Shown: one piece after another, positions 12,669 to 25,315 of the stretch
Layout: each line of letters opens with the position of its first letter
Position numbering within the stretch: position 1 is the first letter of the stretch
Assembly (NCBI RefSeq): GCF_001194135.2
Contig: NC_068991.1
Location: 51,242,118-51,306,117 of the forward strand
Length of the DNA stretch: 64,000 nt
Source of the DNA: Octopus bimaculoides
Lineage: Eukaryota
Direction: 5' to 3'
Program-made: the position numbers and the translations under genes
The notes under the pieces: generated by a model
What the model saw: the letters and a program-made list of their open reading frames with translations, nothing else
Told to the model about the DNA's origin: nothing
Databases searched by the model: none

Positions 12669-15224
12669 TGTATTGTAGGGAATTAGTAATAACCTAGTCA
12701 CTATAAGTAAACAGAAGTATGTGAAGTGCCAGAGTACATAGTTGGCAGTCAGAGATAATCATGTCTTTACTAGTTTTACTAAGTATACTGGAGTGGGCAT
12801 TATAACAATCTAACATTTTTAAGGATTATAATAGTGGCAACAAGGATTTAAACATCTCACGAGGAATTAATGAACTTGACGAGGATTTAAACAACTCATG
12901 AGGAATTAATAAACTCTACAAGGACTTTAACAAACTCACAAAAGCTTTTGTTGTGTGAATTTTATGCAAAAAAAAAAAATTGTAACAAATTATGGAAAAT
13001 TTGTTGGTTGGTTTGCTCAAGTTGCAAAATCAGCAACAACAACTGAAAGAACACCAACAACAATTAGTATTGCAACAACAAATGCTGCAATTAATAAGGT
13101 TGTCAGGAAATTCAGAAAAAGTCTTCTAGCCAGACTATGTTGTGCACTCCAAAACAGAGTTCAAATATGAACCTGATGAAGGAGTTACCTTCGAAGCATA
13201 CTACAGAAGATGTGAGTAATATTTCAAGAAAGAATGTGAAGACTGGGATGATGAGATGATGTACTTAATCTTGAAAAAACTGGTGACAACAGAACATAAA
13301 CAATACAGTAATTTTGTACTCCCAAGAAAACCTTTGGGAATAAACTTTAATCATACAATGTATATTGTATAAAATTTTCAGTATAAAAAGCTCATTGTGC
13401 AACACGTGTTAGAAGTATCTGAACATAAAGAAAATCAATGACAAGGTCTACGTCACATATGCTGATACAGTAAACAGGGAATGCGAGAAGTTTAAACTGG
13501 ACGAATTAATGCCCGATATGTTCAAATGCCTGACTTTTACTCAGGGACTTACTGCTGAAAAGGATTCAGAAGTTAGAACTAGAATTCTCATAAAGCTGGA
13601 ACAAAACCAGAATGTAACCCTACAGCAAGTGTCAGAAGAATGTGAAGGATAGTCAAATTAAGACATGACACAGTGGAAATTGAACGTAAAGATTGTTTTC
13701 AAGTAAAGCAAGTGTGAAATAATCAGAATAGAGATAAAGTGTTTTCTAAAAAACACAACAAAAATCAGGAAATAAACCCATGTTTTGCATGTGGAGGTAT
13801 ACACCTGAGAAAAAATTGTCCATTAAAAAAAATGGAGTGCTTTTGTTGTTATAGGACATATAAAGACACACTGTAGAACAAAGATGATAAAATGTCAGAA
13901 CAAAGGAAAAATAAATAAATAGTATGTCATCAGAAAAAATTTGCAATATAACGATGAGAAAATTCATGAAGGTGAAAATCAGAAATACACGTGTTAAAAT
14001 GCAGTTGGACACTGGTAGTGATATCACCATTATAAACAGAAAAACTTGGAAATATGTCAGTAAACTGAAATTAATTAAATCAAAAAAGGTAGCTCTTGGT
14101 GTTATGGGGGAAAAGATTACATTTTTTGGGGGTGAATTTGTGTGTAATGTAACATTTCGAGGTCAAACAAAAAAAGGCTAAAAAGTTCAGTTAATTTATT
14201 TGGCACAGAGTGGATGGAATGATTCAAAGTGTTATATTCAAAATATAGTTGGTTCAGTCAAAGTTTCAAATGTGGCTGAGGGACTGAAACAAAAAATTGC
14301 AGTAGAACAGAGTGGAACACCTACATGTATGTAAGCCAAGATGAAATTAAAAATTGCCCACGATAAAAAAATAAACATTGTTCAAAAGTAGATATTCTAT
14401 GGTTGAAATTACATGTCGATTTTGCTGGTTCTTTAAACAGTTCTTACTACTTAGTGTAGTGGTAGTTGATAGATTTTTCGAAATGACCTGAAATCTGAAA
14501 GTATTAAAAACCAACTTCCTCAACTGTGATAAATTTTTTACATGAATTGTTTGCAAGGTTTAGCATCTCAGATAAGATAATGTCTGACAATGGAATGCAA
14601 TTTGTGTCTAGTGAATCTAAAAAGATTTGTGAAACATTCACAGTAGAACATATCACTACAGCGCCATACCATCCCAGATCTAATAGATCAGGCAGAATGC
14701 TTTGTCGATACCTTCAAAAGAGCCCTAAGAAAATTAAACAAGGAAGTCACGGATGAGGTAGCAAAGTTGGTGAAAAAGTGTATATGTGGGCATGCAGGAA
14801 TGGAAAGCAGAGTTGGGAAGATGGTGTAATTACCAAATGCATAGGTAAAATGATGTATTGGGTTAAAAATATAGAAAAGGCATACAAAAGAGACACAGGA
14901 ACCAACTGAAAAAGAGATTCGTGTAAAGCAAACCAAAGAAGTTGGAGGAACCGATGGAATGGTTGTACAAAACGTTTCAAGCACCAACACCACTGCAGGT
15001 GATTGAACCCAGGCATACAAGTGAGAGGAAAAGAAAACAAACGGAGTTCTTGAAAATAGATGCCAAGTGTAAAAAATATGAAATTGTATAGAAAAGAAAA
15101 GGGAGGTGGGGTGAATAAAAAAAATTATTGATAAATAAAATGACACTTCCTAAGAAAAACTTAAGAGGGGAGAATTGGTACACCCCTCCCACGAGATGAA
15201 TAGAATAACCTAGTCACTATAACA
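12669..15224 (+). mobile_element. Internally deleted Ty3/Gypsy LTR retrotransposon (gag-protease-integrase, no RT/RNase H)
   Basis: Gag-like YEPDEGVTFEAYYRR. Zinc knuckle CFACGGIHLRKNC at 13781, with a second frameshifted knuckle. Protease LDTGSDITII at 14005-14034. Integrase LHVDFAG (14409) and IMSDNGMQF...TAPYHPRSN. PBS-like tggcaacaagga at 12835 and PPT aagaggggagaa at about 15163. A 19-bp LTR-derived direct repeat lies at 12688-12706 and 15204-15222. Confidence 0.88.
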
Positions 15225-16384
15225 CCTTGTGGGGCTCATTTCTCCACTGGGCTGCCCTTATCCCTATTTTGCAGAGGAAATCAGTAGTACAGGGTGCTTT
15301 TAACATCTTCACCTGATCTAAATGTTCTTCACATGAGTCCCTGAAGAATCAATTAGAGACTGTGTATACTGCTATCATGATTTAACCATCCAACATTAAC
15401 CATTTGCACATGCATGCATATGCGCATACACACACGCACGCGCACATGCTACTGTTTTTCTTTGGTTGGTTTATTGATTGTTCTAATGTCAGTTCCGACA
15501 TCTAAGAAACTACTAAAAGTAAGAAGTTCAATGTTTGAATGATTTTAAAGTTAAATGAGAAAAAAAATGGTTTCTTTCTATTTTTGAGAATTTTGTTTTG
15601 GCTGATTAGTATGCAGATCATGTTTACATAATGGGTGTTTATATGTTGGACAACTCATAGATTAAAGTAAACCTGAAATTAGTTATATAAAAAATGAAAT
15701 GTAACAAAAATAAGTTCAGATATATGGTCACATACGACTCATGTTTATCTTGATACCAGAGGTTAAAAGAGGAGTAAAAATACATATAAAGCCTACTCTT
15801 TTTGTTTTTATTCATAAACTTTTATATTGCTATATGGCCAGATACCATCTCTAATTTCATAATATAGAAGGTGAGTGTACCTTCAGTGTAGTCCCACATA
15901 TATTACTAGTATTTTAATTTCCACCCATGGTGGTGCCATGTAAAAATCACTCATGCTGGTGCCATGTAAAAAAAAAAGCACCCAGTACACTCTGTAAAGT
16001 GATTGGCATTAGGAAATGGAGCCTGGTGCTGCTCTCGCCAGCTTACCAACTCCTGTCAAACTGTCCATCCCATGCTAGCATCATGATGACAATGATGATG
16101 ATAATGTTTGCATTCAAATAATTTCTGTTGTTTCTTTGTTAAAGCAAAAAACATATGCAAGAGATACAGCTGCTATTTCTAGCAGGATGAGTAACCATGT
16201 AGAGACTTGCTCAGTGTTTTAGTCTCCATGTTTGTGCCACTTTTGTGTTCATAACATATCTAGTCTAATAACATGCATAAACTAAATGCTTTGCTTGCCA
16301 TCTTTGGCCATGTGAAAATTATTGTTTGTTGAAACCAAAACTAGAAACATGCTGGAGGCATGCTTTTATTGATCTTTAACTGGG

Positions 16385-16416
<32 letters not shown>

Positions 16417-18180
16417 CTACTTCGAATGTAATAAATTCAGCTGCAAAATTTTCTTTTTCAAATGTATCTTTTTCTATTATTATCTAACCCTTTAGTTGCC
16501 ATATTTCTGTTGAAATACACTACCATTGGTTCAATTCATTTTGAAAATAATGCAGAATCTAGTAAAGCACTTTGTCATTATGAGACAAGTGTTTGATATA
16601 TAGAATTAAAATGAAATTTTGACAGAAGCTTTGAATTAAGATCATTGTAAACAGGAAGTTTATATCTGAGAACCAGAAGGCAGTCTCAGGAAGGTTGATA
16701 ACAAAAGAGTTAAGAGCCAATATACAAAAAAAAACATAAGTAATTTTTTCTGCTCCACCCCACCCCTTCCCATGCTCCCTGACAGCCACATGTATATATT
16801 ACAGTGTACTGCTAATATTATTTGTACCTGTTTTATATTTGCTGCATCATTTATCTAAAATTACGATGGGTTCCCAACCTGGTAGAACAAAACTATTCAT
16901 GAAGATAATGTCTTCAAGCTGTATTGTTTAGCTAGAGAGAATCCTCTCTTCCCAAATTAATTTAACTCTACAGATAATTACATCTCTAATGAAATCCACT
17001 GCTTCTGTATTCCATTTACTTTTGAAGCAAACAAAAATTTGGAGTGATTTAGTAAAATAATTTACATTTGTAATTATTAAGCTAATTTTAGGAATATAAG
17101 TAACGACAGGTCCTTACATAGATATTATAATGGAATTTAAATACGAACCCTTTAAAACAAGATGGTTTGAATCATAGATGCTATCTCGGGCAAGTTGGTT
17201 TTGCTATTATGGTGCTCTTCTTCTTACCTTACTTAAAGCTCTGTGTAAAGGATCTGTCTAACAATTAAGTCTCTCTCAATAATAGACACAGAACTCTGCC
17301 TGTGCTGACAGGCTGTCACCGAGCAGATTACTGATTACTGGCCACCTTGTCACCATAACATAATGCACCAACATTAAAAGCTCAGCATTTGTTTTTAAAG
17401 GCTGTTTTTTAAAGTCTAATAGAATATTCTGTACATTCTATTTCACCACCCACAGTCTGCATACAGGGATACAAACGGTTAAGAGATTCTCTTTGTTTGC
17501 ATGTGGTTGTAATTCCAATGTGTGTCATCTTGGACATGTCTTGTTTGTTATAGCTTTAGTTTGACAAGTGGAAACTGTGAACAAGTCCATTGTATATTTT
17601 ATGAGTGTGTGTATCTACAATGACTTGATTAATAAATCTGTGCATCAAACAAAACTACTTTGTAGTATTAAGTTATCAAAATTACACCTCAGAGGTAGAC
17701 ATAACCAATACCAGTCAAAATACCAAGTTGATAAAATAGTCCAAAGACCCTGTGGCCATCTCCCACCAACAAGTACACAGTCCAGTGACTAAAACTAACA
17801 AAACAATATACATACATTTACATGATCCAGAGTCTATTCTCTTTATGCTTTATTCCTCTCTCACTGACAATATAATGTTTTTACTGAAATAATTTAAAGC
17901 TTCTCTGTATTCTATAACTGCCATTTTGATAGTGTTTTTTTTTTTTTGTGTGTGTGACTAAACAGTCCAGTCTTTGATTGATACATTTTTCTGGTGCCAA
18001 ATAAAGACGGATCAATTCTTAAAATGTGTGGCTTCAGACTTTGCATTTCTCTTACCTGGCTTCATATTACAACCATATATATATATATATTTTCCTTTCT
18101 TTGTCACTTTCGAATGTGGGTTCAGTTTATTGTTAGTGGCTTGGGGATCTTACGTGCCATTGTTATGCCTTTGACTATTT

Positions 18181-18340
18181 AACACACACACACACACTAA
18201 CCCTAACACACACACACACACACACTAACACTAACACATACACTAACACACATGCTAACACTAGCACACACACACACTAACACTAACACCCACACACCCA
18301 CAAATGCACACACACACACTAACATACACACATGCTAATG
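18181..18340 (+). promoter_or_regulatory. CA-repeat array with 7 ACTAAC and 3 further CTAAY motifs (candidate splicing-regulatory/branch-point cluster)
   Basis: ACTAAC at 18196, 18224, 18230, 18242, 18276, 18282 and 18318; CCTAAC 18202, GCTAAC 18254, GCTAAT 18334. Lies about 100-250 nt upstream of the exon acceptor. Confidence 0.55.
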
Positions 18341-18442
18341 TAAGAACATTGTATTTACCTTGTAGTCATTGTCTCTCACAGATTTGTCAGCCCTTTTTAC
18401 AGACGCCATAATTATGATGGTTTCCTTGTTTTGTATTTACAG

Positions 18443-19876
18443 GAAGAAAGCCACTCACCCACCCTTGAACAAACCCCTGACAGCGACATTACATTTGAAA
18501 GGCTCCACACTGAAGTATCCGACTCACAGAATATGGCATCTGCTCATAGAAGAAGGGCTACAACCAACTCTGCTGATGCTTCTGGTATGTATGGCGATGG
18601 TGCTGTTTCTAACTGCATCCAACAAGACCAAATGAATGCAGTTAACCGCAGCATGGATCCCAGATCTGCTTCTCCTGCTCTTCCTCCTCCCCCGCCCCTC
18701 CCACCTGGCTTTCCGTATGATAACACACCCGAAGAGGAGTTTCCTCTTCCACCGCCAGACATGGCAGACGACGGTGGCGGAGGTGACACGACGGGAGGCC
18801 CACCTCCGCCGCCGCCACCACCCCTGCCTCCTCCTTCGCCGCCACCGCCCCTCCCTCCACCTCTACCCTCACTGACACCCGACACTTATTCGGCCAGTGT
18901 GGACACCGCAAATTCCGGCCGAGAAAGTCGTGATAGTGATTGTACAAGTGCTAATAGCGTGCAGTTCACTCCTCCGCCACCTCTTTCTTCGACGCCACCT
19001 CCTCCTCCACCTCCTCCTCTGCCCAGCAATGATGCAAGCACGATGCCATACTGGAACGATCCTGCTGAGCAGTCACCCTCCCCAGCTTCTTGTGTAACTA
19101 GTACCATTATTCCTAATACTGTTGATGCTGCCACTAATCCAACTCCCTCTCCCCCTACTTTTTCTACCAAATCTACTAGCCCTACTACCAAGCATGTTAC
19201 TACTACCACTCAAACAACTTGCGCAGATAAGTCAATCCAGGCCACTCTTCCTGATCCATGCTATTCTGCTGAAATCTATATGCAATCTGCATTTTGTCCT
19301 GTTGCAGCTTTGTCAATGGAGAGTCCACCAACACTACCACCTCCACCACCTCCACTAATGGTTAATGGTATTGCACCTTCACCTCCTTTACCCCCACCAC
19401 CTCCACAACAGCCAACAGATGCACAGGATCAGCAAAGGACAGCAGTTAGTGTCACAAATGGCAGCAGTAACCAGACATTAAATTCTGAAGATCCCGACAG
19501 TCTGTTGCAGCAAATATCATCAAGCAACAGTATTGGCCAAAATCAAAAAATCTCTCTCAATATTGATCAAACCAAACGGAATTCTTCTTTACTTCCGGCA
19601 AATGGGACTGCTGATACTAACAGACACATAGGCAACGATCTTCAAGAAAACAAGTTAATTCTGCCAAGGGAAAACTTAAAAGATTCAAACCGTCGCTCAT
19701 ACCTCACCGGAGATTTGTCCCCTGAAATGATTGAGAGTTTTACAAGCACAGGGTCCACAGACCAGGACCAGGTCTACTACGACATTGTGGAGTATGCTGA
19801 GAAACATTTCAATGACCACATCAAGGAATCTACAGGGACTGTTATGAAATCATTAAAGAAGAGAAAATCCATGCAG
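18443..19876 (+). CDS. Large internal coding exon (478 aa): proline-rich, low-complexity segment ending in the lead-in to a MyTH4-like domain
   Basis: Only long stop-free ORF in the window (18431-19912). Acceptor ttgtatttacAG at 18441-18442 and donor ATGCAG|GTAAGT at 19877, both phase 0. Several polyproline runs, then YYDIVEYAEKHFNDHIKESTGTVMKSLKKRKSMQ. The 5' boundary is uncertain because other AGs lie in open frame upstream. Confidence 0.85.
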
Positions 19877-20041
19877 GTAAGTTCTATTTTGTTATTCACT
19901 ATTTATATGTAAAAATATTTGATAAGAAATTCACAAAGTTCTAGTTGAATTATTAAAATGAATATAAAATTAGATCAGACCTCCATTATATTACAGTTTA
20001 TATTCTTTCCTAATTTCTTAAATGATTTACAAGAATCAACA

Positions 20042-20272
20042 TTAACCCTTTTGTTAACATATTTCCACTGAAATACTCTGCCTTTGTTTCAATTAATTTT
20101 GAAAATAAGGAAGAATTTTGTAATATAACTTTATCATCAATAAGCTGGTGTTAGGAACATCAATTAATTTGATATTTTGATGGAAGGTTTTGATTTAGAT
20201 TTGCTTCAAATTGAGAAGTTTGCATCATAAAACTAAGAGCCATCTCAGGCAGGTTGGTCTCAAAAAGGTTAA
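20042..20272. mobile_element. TTAA-flanked MITE, same family as 48960
   Basis: ttaacccttttgttaac ... caaaaaggttaa, with shared internal sequence (tcaatta.ttt, ttgatggaag). Confidence 0.7.
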
Positions 20273-20674
20273 AGAACCATCTTAGTCATGTGCAAGTTTT
20301 CTTTTTCTATCAACATATGTAACATTTTTAAACAGGTTGTACACCAAACATCGGCAAAAATCCTTGATAACATTTTCCATTGGGTTATTGAAGGATGCTG
20401 TGCAATGAACTAGTTTTATTGCATGGCAGCCACACATTAATAACATGGCCATAACTTTGCTCAAGTGTTAGGTTTCTTCTTTAGTAAACACTCATCACTG
20501 GCTCTTAGGCATTTATTTGATCCTCTTAGAAGAGGCTCAAATATTAGACATGTATGACCCTGCTCACATGTCTGAAATGGAGCAGCTGACAAAGCTTTTA
20601 GATCACATCCAAGAAAAGGTCATCTGATTGATTAGCAAATATTTACTCTCCAAAACAATAATTACTAACCAGGT

Positions 20675-21084
20675 AGGTGCAGGAGTGGCTGTGTGGTAAG
20701 TAGCTTGCTTACTAACCACATGGTTCTGGGTTCAGTCCCACTGTGTGACACCTTGGGCAAGTGTCTTCTACTATAGCCTCGGGCTGACCAAAGCCTTGTG
20801 AGTGGATTTGGTAGACGGAAACTGAAAGAAGCCTGTCGTATATATGCATATAATTATATGTATATGTGTTTGTGTGTGTATATGTTTGTGTCTGTGTTTG
20901 TCCCCCCAACATCGCTTGACAACCAATGCTGGTGTGTTTACGTCCCTGTAACTTAGTGGTTCGGCAAAACATACCAATAGAATAAGTACTAGGCTTACAA
21001 AGAATAAGTCCTAGGGTCGATTTTCTCTACTAAAGGCGGTGCTCCAGCATGGCCACAGTCAAATGAGTGAAACAAGTAAAAGAG
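20675..21084 (+). mobile_element. tRNA-derived SINE (major family), full length
   Basis: A box tggctgtgtgg, B box ggttcagtccc, internal microsatellite, 3' end gaaacaagtaaaag. Confidence 0.92.
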
Positions 21085-22170
21085 CCATGGACCTTCTCAG
21101 TCTCTTCAAACATTATTACAATAATTCCTGCTCCTTTGAACCAACAATCTATTTTCCAACTTCTGCTATCCTTACTTTATCTCATCTCTAAAATTATATG
21201 CTGAGCCCTTTGCCCAAATCCTTCTAAAACTGCAACCACATGGAATTTCTTCTCATTCTACATTTTCCAAACAAGCTGTAATCATCCAAGTTAGATATCA
21301 TTTCAATTAAGCTAATCAATCTGAGATGGTCTTTATTTTCTATGGATACTGACCTTCGATGTAGTAAAAGAATGTACCTCACACATTCTTTGAATATGTC
21401 ATTAGATTATTAACTGTAAACTTATGTAAATAGAGTTTATCAAAATTAAAACCTATTACATAATTAACCCCTTTATGACTGATTATTTTGCTATAAATAT
21501 TTTTTTATTCCATGATTTCTTTTGCATTGTTTTGTGAAAAAAATATATGAGAAAGATTCAAAGCAGATTATAATTGTTCTTATAATTTCAATCTTTTATT
21601 AATTGGTGTAAAAAAGAAAATTATTTTGAATCTGTAAAATAAATACATTTGATAAAAGTTTCTACTCTGTCTGCCTCTCTTTCTCTCCCTCTCTTTCTCT
21701 CTCTCTCTCTTTCTTCTTTAAGTACTGTAGTAGGATGATGCTCTTGCCAAATAAATGATGTGGAAAAGAGTTTGTTATAATTTTAGGAGTGGGCCCTCTC
21801 TTTCCCTACTAATTAGATCTACTTGAATAGTATCCAGGTACCTGACTGAATGAAACATTTAACAAGCACTCCCAACCATCCTGTGGGGGCATGTTGGACA
21901 AATATGTGAACTGCTTTTAAATATGATTGACAGCTGTAGCAGAATTGATTGCTTCTTTTAGCAAGTGGAGTGACTAAATAGATATGGCAATTGGTCTAAT
22001 GAAAGAACATGGAACTAAAAAGATAGAATTTAGAAATGTAGTGAGTTGTATTTTTTAAAGTATGAGAAAAGCAGAGATCAACCAAATATTGAGTTTCTTG
22101 TGTTTAAAAGAACGGGGAACAATTTGTCAAAATCTAGAAACCCTGCTCAGCACAAACTTATATACTTTAT

Positions 22171-22314
22171 ATTCAGACAATTTATTTACTGAATACTTTG
22201 AACATACATAATACATACATACATACATGGATGCATACATGCATGCATATATATATTTATATATACATATTCATTAGATACATGTACATGCGCATATATT
22301 AATATGTATATATC

Positions 22315-22367
<53 letters not shown>

Positions 22368-22570
22368 TCATTCATTCAGACAAATACCTTTATATTGAAC
22401 ACACATACATGTGCACACACACACACATACACACGCACAACACACGCACACACATTCACACAAATACCTTCATATTGAACATATATTATATATATGTATT
22501 CAGACAAATACCTTTCTATTGAACATTTATATTCAGATAAATACCTTTTATCTACTGAATACTGGAACAT
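22171..22570. repeat. Degenerate minisatellite: 28-bp motif attcagacaaataccttt(a/c)tattgaaca separated by microsatellite spacers
   Basis: Copies at 22374, 22454 and 22498; variants at 22171 and 22531. Confidence 0.8.
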
Positions 22571-23658
22571 TTTCTATTCTCATGCTGAACTGTAACATTA
22601 TTCGTTTCTCTTCTCTTTTTTCTTTGTGTTGTTTCTTGAACACTTGTAAATATGCACATTATATTATTTTCATGTAGAGATGAGCTAAACAATGGCTCTA
22701 TCTCATGGCTCATCTGCTTAATTTAGTCTTTTTCACTTCTGTTTGTCAATGATGTTACATAAAAAAAAAGCCCAAAAAGCATGAATAGGAAAAGGGTTTG
22801 AAAGTCAAATTGTTGAGAGATGTCTATGTTAAACAGTAAATCTAGCTTTAAAGGGTTTTCTGCAATAATCAATATTAATACATAAGCAATTTCTATGTTT
22901 TATTAATAGAATATTTTTGTGAATATTATGATTGTATTGATGTTTGTTTTGTTGTTATTGTTATTATTATTGTTTAACCTCAGATCAACTCTCACAAAGC
23001 AGAACTATGATCAAAACACATTTCTACTGTAACTGTTCTGTCATCTTCTCCTTGGTCTATGTAATCTAATTTGTCCATCCTATTTTACACTGCTTAGGTA
23101 TGATTTGAGGGAGATTTGATTGGCATTTCTAGCAAAATCGAGTACATCTTATAGCTCTTTCATTATGTTTGTTATGTGTAAAGGTTACATAACAAAACAA
23201 TCATTATTCAAAATTACAATTGAACGAGTGATTAAATTTTCAGTGATTTAAATTGAATTTTATGTTTTGTTAGGCTTGTTTATAAATTTTATATCAACAG
23301 ACACGTTGTTGATAATATATGTGTGTGTACATTTGAATATGCGTGTGTGTATGTACAAACAGAGAGAGAGAGAGAGAGAGAGAGTTAGTGGTTCACTGAA
23401 TTTGTGACAGCTGAAGTGACAAGTAAATATCTAATGTGATACTGAACAAACATTTTGAGGGCTCATAAAGCTCTACTATTCCAGTTTTCTCATGATTATA
23501 CGCCTGGAAATTGTATACAGGCACATATGCACAGACATACAGTCACACACACACACATGTACATAAATATATATATGTATATATATATATATGTGTGTGT
23601 TTGTATACACCTGTGTGTGTCTGTGTGTATATACATATATATATATATATATATATAG

Positions 23659-23689
<31 letters not shown>

Positions 23690-24501
23690 ATTTTCAGGAT
23701 CTGATAGAATCAAGGAATTTATGTAACAAAGGCACCTGAAGAAAACATTTTTTTGCATGATGTAATAGTTTTATTCACCAATAAGGAACATGTATGAAAC
23801 AGGTGTAGTGAACCTCAACCATCTGTTTTATTGTTTACATACATATATATATATATATATAGATATATATAGATACATAAATGCGTGTGTGTGTGTGTGT
23901 GTGTGTGCACGTGCATGCATACATGCATGTTTATGTGTGTGTGTGTGTGTGTGTGTTAATGTGTTACAAGAAGTCAGTGAAAAGCAAAACTGAACCATGG
24001 AGTATGTCAGAGTTTAGTGATCTGATATGAAGCTTCTGATCCAAGAGATGAGAAATGGTTGGCACCTGAAGATAGGAAATTTTTATCAAAGATTTGCATG
24101 ATAGCCATGCTTGAAGACTTTGCTGATAGCTAAGACAACAATATTTCTTTTACTGAACTTCTCTAATGTGAGATCCCACTGTTGAGTGACTTAAGAGTGT
24201 AGACCATTAGTGAATCTGGCTTTGTGAAAGCCATACTGCTGGTCACTGAAAAGTGAGAAATTGTGAAAACATTGCATAATTTCATTGTTAATGATTGTTT
24301 CCATTACCTTAAAGATGTTAGGAGTGACTGACAGAGGATGATAGCTGGTTGGGTGAGAGGGGTTATCTTTCTTTCAATTGGTACATACTGAAACAAGCTT
24401 CTATATGTTTGAATACATTCCTGTAGAAAGTGAGAGAATAAAGGATTTGTTGAGCATAGAGACAAGATCTGGTGTGCAATATATACATATATATATATAT
24501 A

Positions 24502-25315
24502 NNNNNNNNNNNNNNNNNNNNNNNNNNNNNNNNNNNNNNNNNNNNNNNNNNNNNNNNNNNNNNNNNNNNNNNNNNNNNNNNNNNNNNNNNNNNNNNNNNN
24601 NNNNNNNNNNNNNNNNNNNNNNNNNNNNNNNNNNNNNNNNNNNNNNNNNNNNNNNNNNNNNNNNNNNNNNNNNNNNNNNNNNNNNNNNNNNNNNNNNNNN
24701 NNNNNNNNNNNNNNNNNNNNNNNNNNNNNNNNNNNNNNNNNNNNNNNNNNNNNNNNNNNNNNNNNNNNNNNNNNNNNNNNNNNNNNNNNNNNNNNNNNNN
24801 NNNNNNNNNNNNNNNNNNNNNNNNNNNNNNNNNNNNNNNNNNNNNNNNNNNNNNNNNNNNNNNNNNNNNNNNNNNNNNNNNNNNNNNNNNNNNNNNNNNN
24901 NNNNNNNNNNNNNNNNNNNNNNNNNNNNNNNNNNNNNNNNNNNNNNNNNNNNNNNNNNNNNNNNNNNNNNNNNNNNNNNNNNNNNNNNNNNNNNNNNNNN
25001 NNNNNNNNNNNNNNNNNNNNNNNNNNNNNNNNNNNNNNNNNNNNNNNNNNNNNNNNNNNNNNNNNNNNNNNNNNNNNNNNNNNNNNNNNNNNNNNNNNNN
25101 NNNNNNNNNNNNNNNNNNNNNNNNNNNNNNNNNNNNNNNNNNNNNNNNNNNNNNNNNNNNNNNNNNNNNNNNNNNNNNNNNNNNNNNNNNNNNNNNNNNN
25201 NNNNNNNNNNNNNNNNNNNNNNNNNNNNNNNNNNNNNNNNNNNNNNNNNNNNNNNNNNNNNNNNNNNNNNNNNNNNNNNNNNNNNNNNNNNNNNNNNNNN
25301 NNNNNNNNNNNNNNN
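24502..25315. other. Largest assembly gap (others: 4463-4674, 8566-8722, 36305-36517, 50940-50982)
   Basis: N runs, mostly abutting (TA)n or CT-rich tracts. Confidence 1.

Noticed and set aside
13172-13200. Hammerhead core CTGATGA-stem-CGAAG
   Set aside because: GAAG instead of GAAA, no stem I/III, and it lies in gag coding sequence (EPDEGVTFEA).
17456-17477. 22-nt micro-exon upstream of the large exon
   Set aside because: Acceptor is plausible but the donor (GTTAAG) is weak, the length is not a multiple of 3, and the peptide is uninformative.
18196-18207. Interstitial telomeric repeat (CTAACCCTAAC)
   Set aside because: Only one CCCTAA unit; the surrounding units are CACTAA.
18544-19358. 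Antisense and alternate-frame Gly/Arg-rich ORFs overlapping the large exon
   Set aside because: Shadows of CCN proline codons; short and without independent signals.
22171-22570. CRISPR-like repeat/spacer pattern
   Set aside because: Eukaryotic intron, spacers are microsatellite of unequal length, repeats are not palindromic, and there are no cas genes.
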